A stretch of 64,000 bases of DNA, from positions 248,001 through 312,000 of the forward strand of contig JBEUKZ010000080.1 in NCBI GenBank assembly GCA_048128005.1, given 5' to 3'. Source of the stretch: Veleropilina oligotropha. Its lineage: Eukaryota. The translations under genes and the position numbers were made by a program. Under the pieces are notes generated by a model, which made no database searches, was not told the origin of the DNA, and was given only the letters and a program-made list of their open reading frames with translations. Shown in pieces: positions 62,319-64,000 of this stretch; positions within the stretch are counted from its first letter, which is position 1, and the number at the start of each line of letters is the position of its first letter.

Positions 62319-64000
62319 ATGAGGTTTTAATGTAAACCTAATATTAGTATAAAACATACTTACGTCCTTACTCTTGCCATAATAGTATATTATCGCCCAA
62401 ACCGGAAATGGTGAATATGTCCCATAATGCACCGTTAATAAGCCAAAAAAGCACACGGTTACCTCCCCTGCTCCTACCCCCCACGTTCCCTAGCGAGACT
62501 TCGCCAAGTCTCGTGAGACTTCTGAACAATAGAAGTCACATGACATCAATTCAAAGTTCAAAAACCACAAAGGAACGTAGTAGAGGGGAGGAATGCGAAA
62601 CGCAGGGTGGGTAATCGTGTAAGGACGTAAGTATGTTTTATACTAATATTAGGTTTACATTAAAACCTCATATATAGTTACAAACATACTTACGTCCTTA
62701 CTCTTGCCAGAATAACCTTGGATAGGTGGGTAAGACGTTCCTTACAACAAACCCAAACAAGATAATGACTTACTTTTCACCAATTCGATCAGCATGAAGC
62801 GTCGAGTGTGTCCGCCTAGAGTGGAATTTTTACTGAGTATTATATTCTACTCTTACCAGGCGAGAATTTCGACCAGTGTTACCGGGAGGATACGCCGTGG
62901 TGTTAGTCGGACGAGGTGAACGGAAGTGCAATCAGCCCCTGGCACGGCCGGAAGGATAAATCCCTGTAGGTCTTACGTGTCATGGACCAGTGGCAGCCAA
63001 ATGGGACTCCGGGCCTATAGGCCGGTAGCCAGAGGATGCAGTCGGATTTGTAAGCACACGGAACCTAACAGGTTGTGAAAGCTTTAAAATCAAAAGCAAA
63101 GAATTAATAGATTATATAATAATCGATATTAATAAGTAGTTCGCATGACCAACTTGCGAACGCTAACATGGACGACATGTCACTTAAAATAAATTTTAAG
63201 GAAGCAAAAATGTTCGACATGTTACTTAAAAATAAATGTTAAGGAATCAACATTTTAAATGTATTGAACATCGTATGTTCGATTACAGCAAAGAACATAA
63301 TAATATTGAACCCTAATCTTTTTAAGATTTGTGCAAAATTATCAAAGTTGTTTTATTAAATTCAATGTGATCTGGCTTATGTCAACACTCAGTCTGACAA
63401 GAGAAGTACAAAATCTTAAATTAGATTTAAGAAATGAACAGACATTGAACTGCCCCATAGGTGTTAATTACATAGCACCGTTTGGCCAACGAAAATAAAA
63501 TGGCGTCAGTAAATATGCAAATGATCAATCAGAGAACAATAGGCTACTTACTGATTAGAAGACCTCGGTCTAACAATAACCCGTTGTGCAGCAACACAGT
63601 GTAAACTGCTTAGGCCATCAGCCCCGGTTGAGTAGTCGCGCAGATAATGTTTGACAAACACGTTAGCGTTTTTCCAATATCCGGCCTGTAGTAACGCATT
63701 GATATTTAAATTATGTCGGAAGGCTACAGACGCTGCAATGGCCCGGACCTCATGTGCGCGGACCGATAAAATAGTTCGGTCGTCGTCATCACAACGGATG
63801 TAAACATCTCTCACAGTTTGTGAAATCCACCGCGAAACAGTAGTCCTCGTAATGTCGCGGGTGTAGGTGGGCAAATACGATATGAATAAACGTAATTTTC
63901 CCTGTCGCAACTCACGGGTTCTGTCTAGGTAGAATCGAAGCGCCCGGACCGGGCAATTGAAGCGGTCTGCGTCGCGCCTTCCGACTAGCGTTAGCTTGGG
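62319..64000 (-). mobile_element. DIRS1-like element of a divergent family (copy 3), 3' end; runs off the window
   Basis: ITR from 62319, ICR about 62620-62709, conserved 3' block, YR C-terminus. Confidence 0.93.
63548..64000 (-). CDS. Tyrosine recombinase C-terminus (partial)
   Basis: NCPVRALRFY, LFISY, AHEVR, GYW, KHY; homologous to the copy 1 YR. Confidence 0.92.
   Translation of the reverse strand, partial: PKLTLVGRRDADRFNCPVRALRFYLDRTRELRQGKLRLFISYLPTYTRDITRTTVSRWISQTVRDVYIRCDDDDRTILSVRAHEVRAIAASVAFRHNLNINALLQAGYWKNANVFVKHYLRDYSTGADGLSSLHCVAAQRVIVRPRSSNQ

Overview
Eukaryotic, AT-rich, transposon-saturated window with no confidently identifiable host gene. The repeat types suggest a marine invertebrate, probably a mollusc (inference). 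Contents: (1) an apparently intact DIRS1-type tyrosine-recombinase retrotransposon (1305-8801, minus strand; ITRs, ICR, gag, RT/RNaseH/methylase, YR); (2) a decayed sister DIRS (9368-28540) hosting a nested stack: a TIR element with a 6-bp TSD, containing a foldback MITE, containing a young full-length Gypsy LTR element (10375-19484), plus a separate 5'-truncated CR1 LINE; (3) an internally deleted Mag/Steamer-like Gypsy (41431-44690); (4) Penelope-like fragments with hammerhead motifs; (5) Helentron/HINE-like elements, MITEs, long hairpins and five tandem arrays; (6) the 3' end of a divergent third DIRS (62319 to the window end). Best leads: a CW-type zinc finger (histone H3K4me-reader family) at the C-terminus of the Gypsy integrase, with an HhH-like motif at its Gag N-terminus; a 291-nt splice-site-bounded, covarying non-coding RNA element conserved in all three DIRS copies; and a DIRS gag separated from the YR frame by a single UAG in a readthrough-like context.
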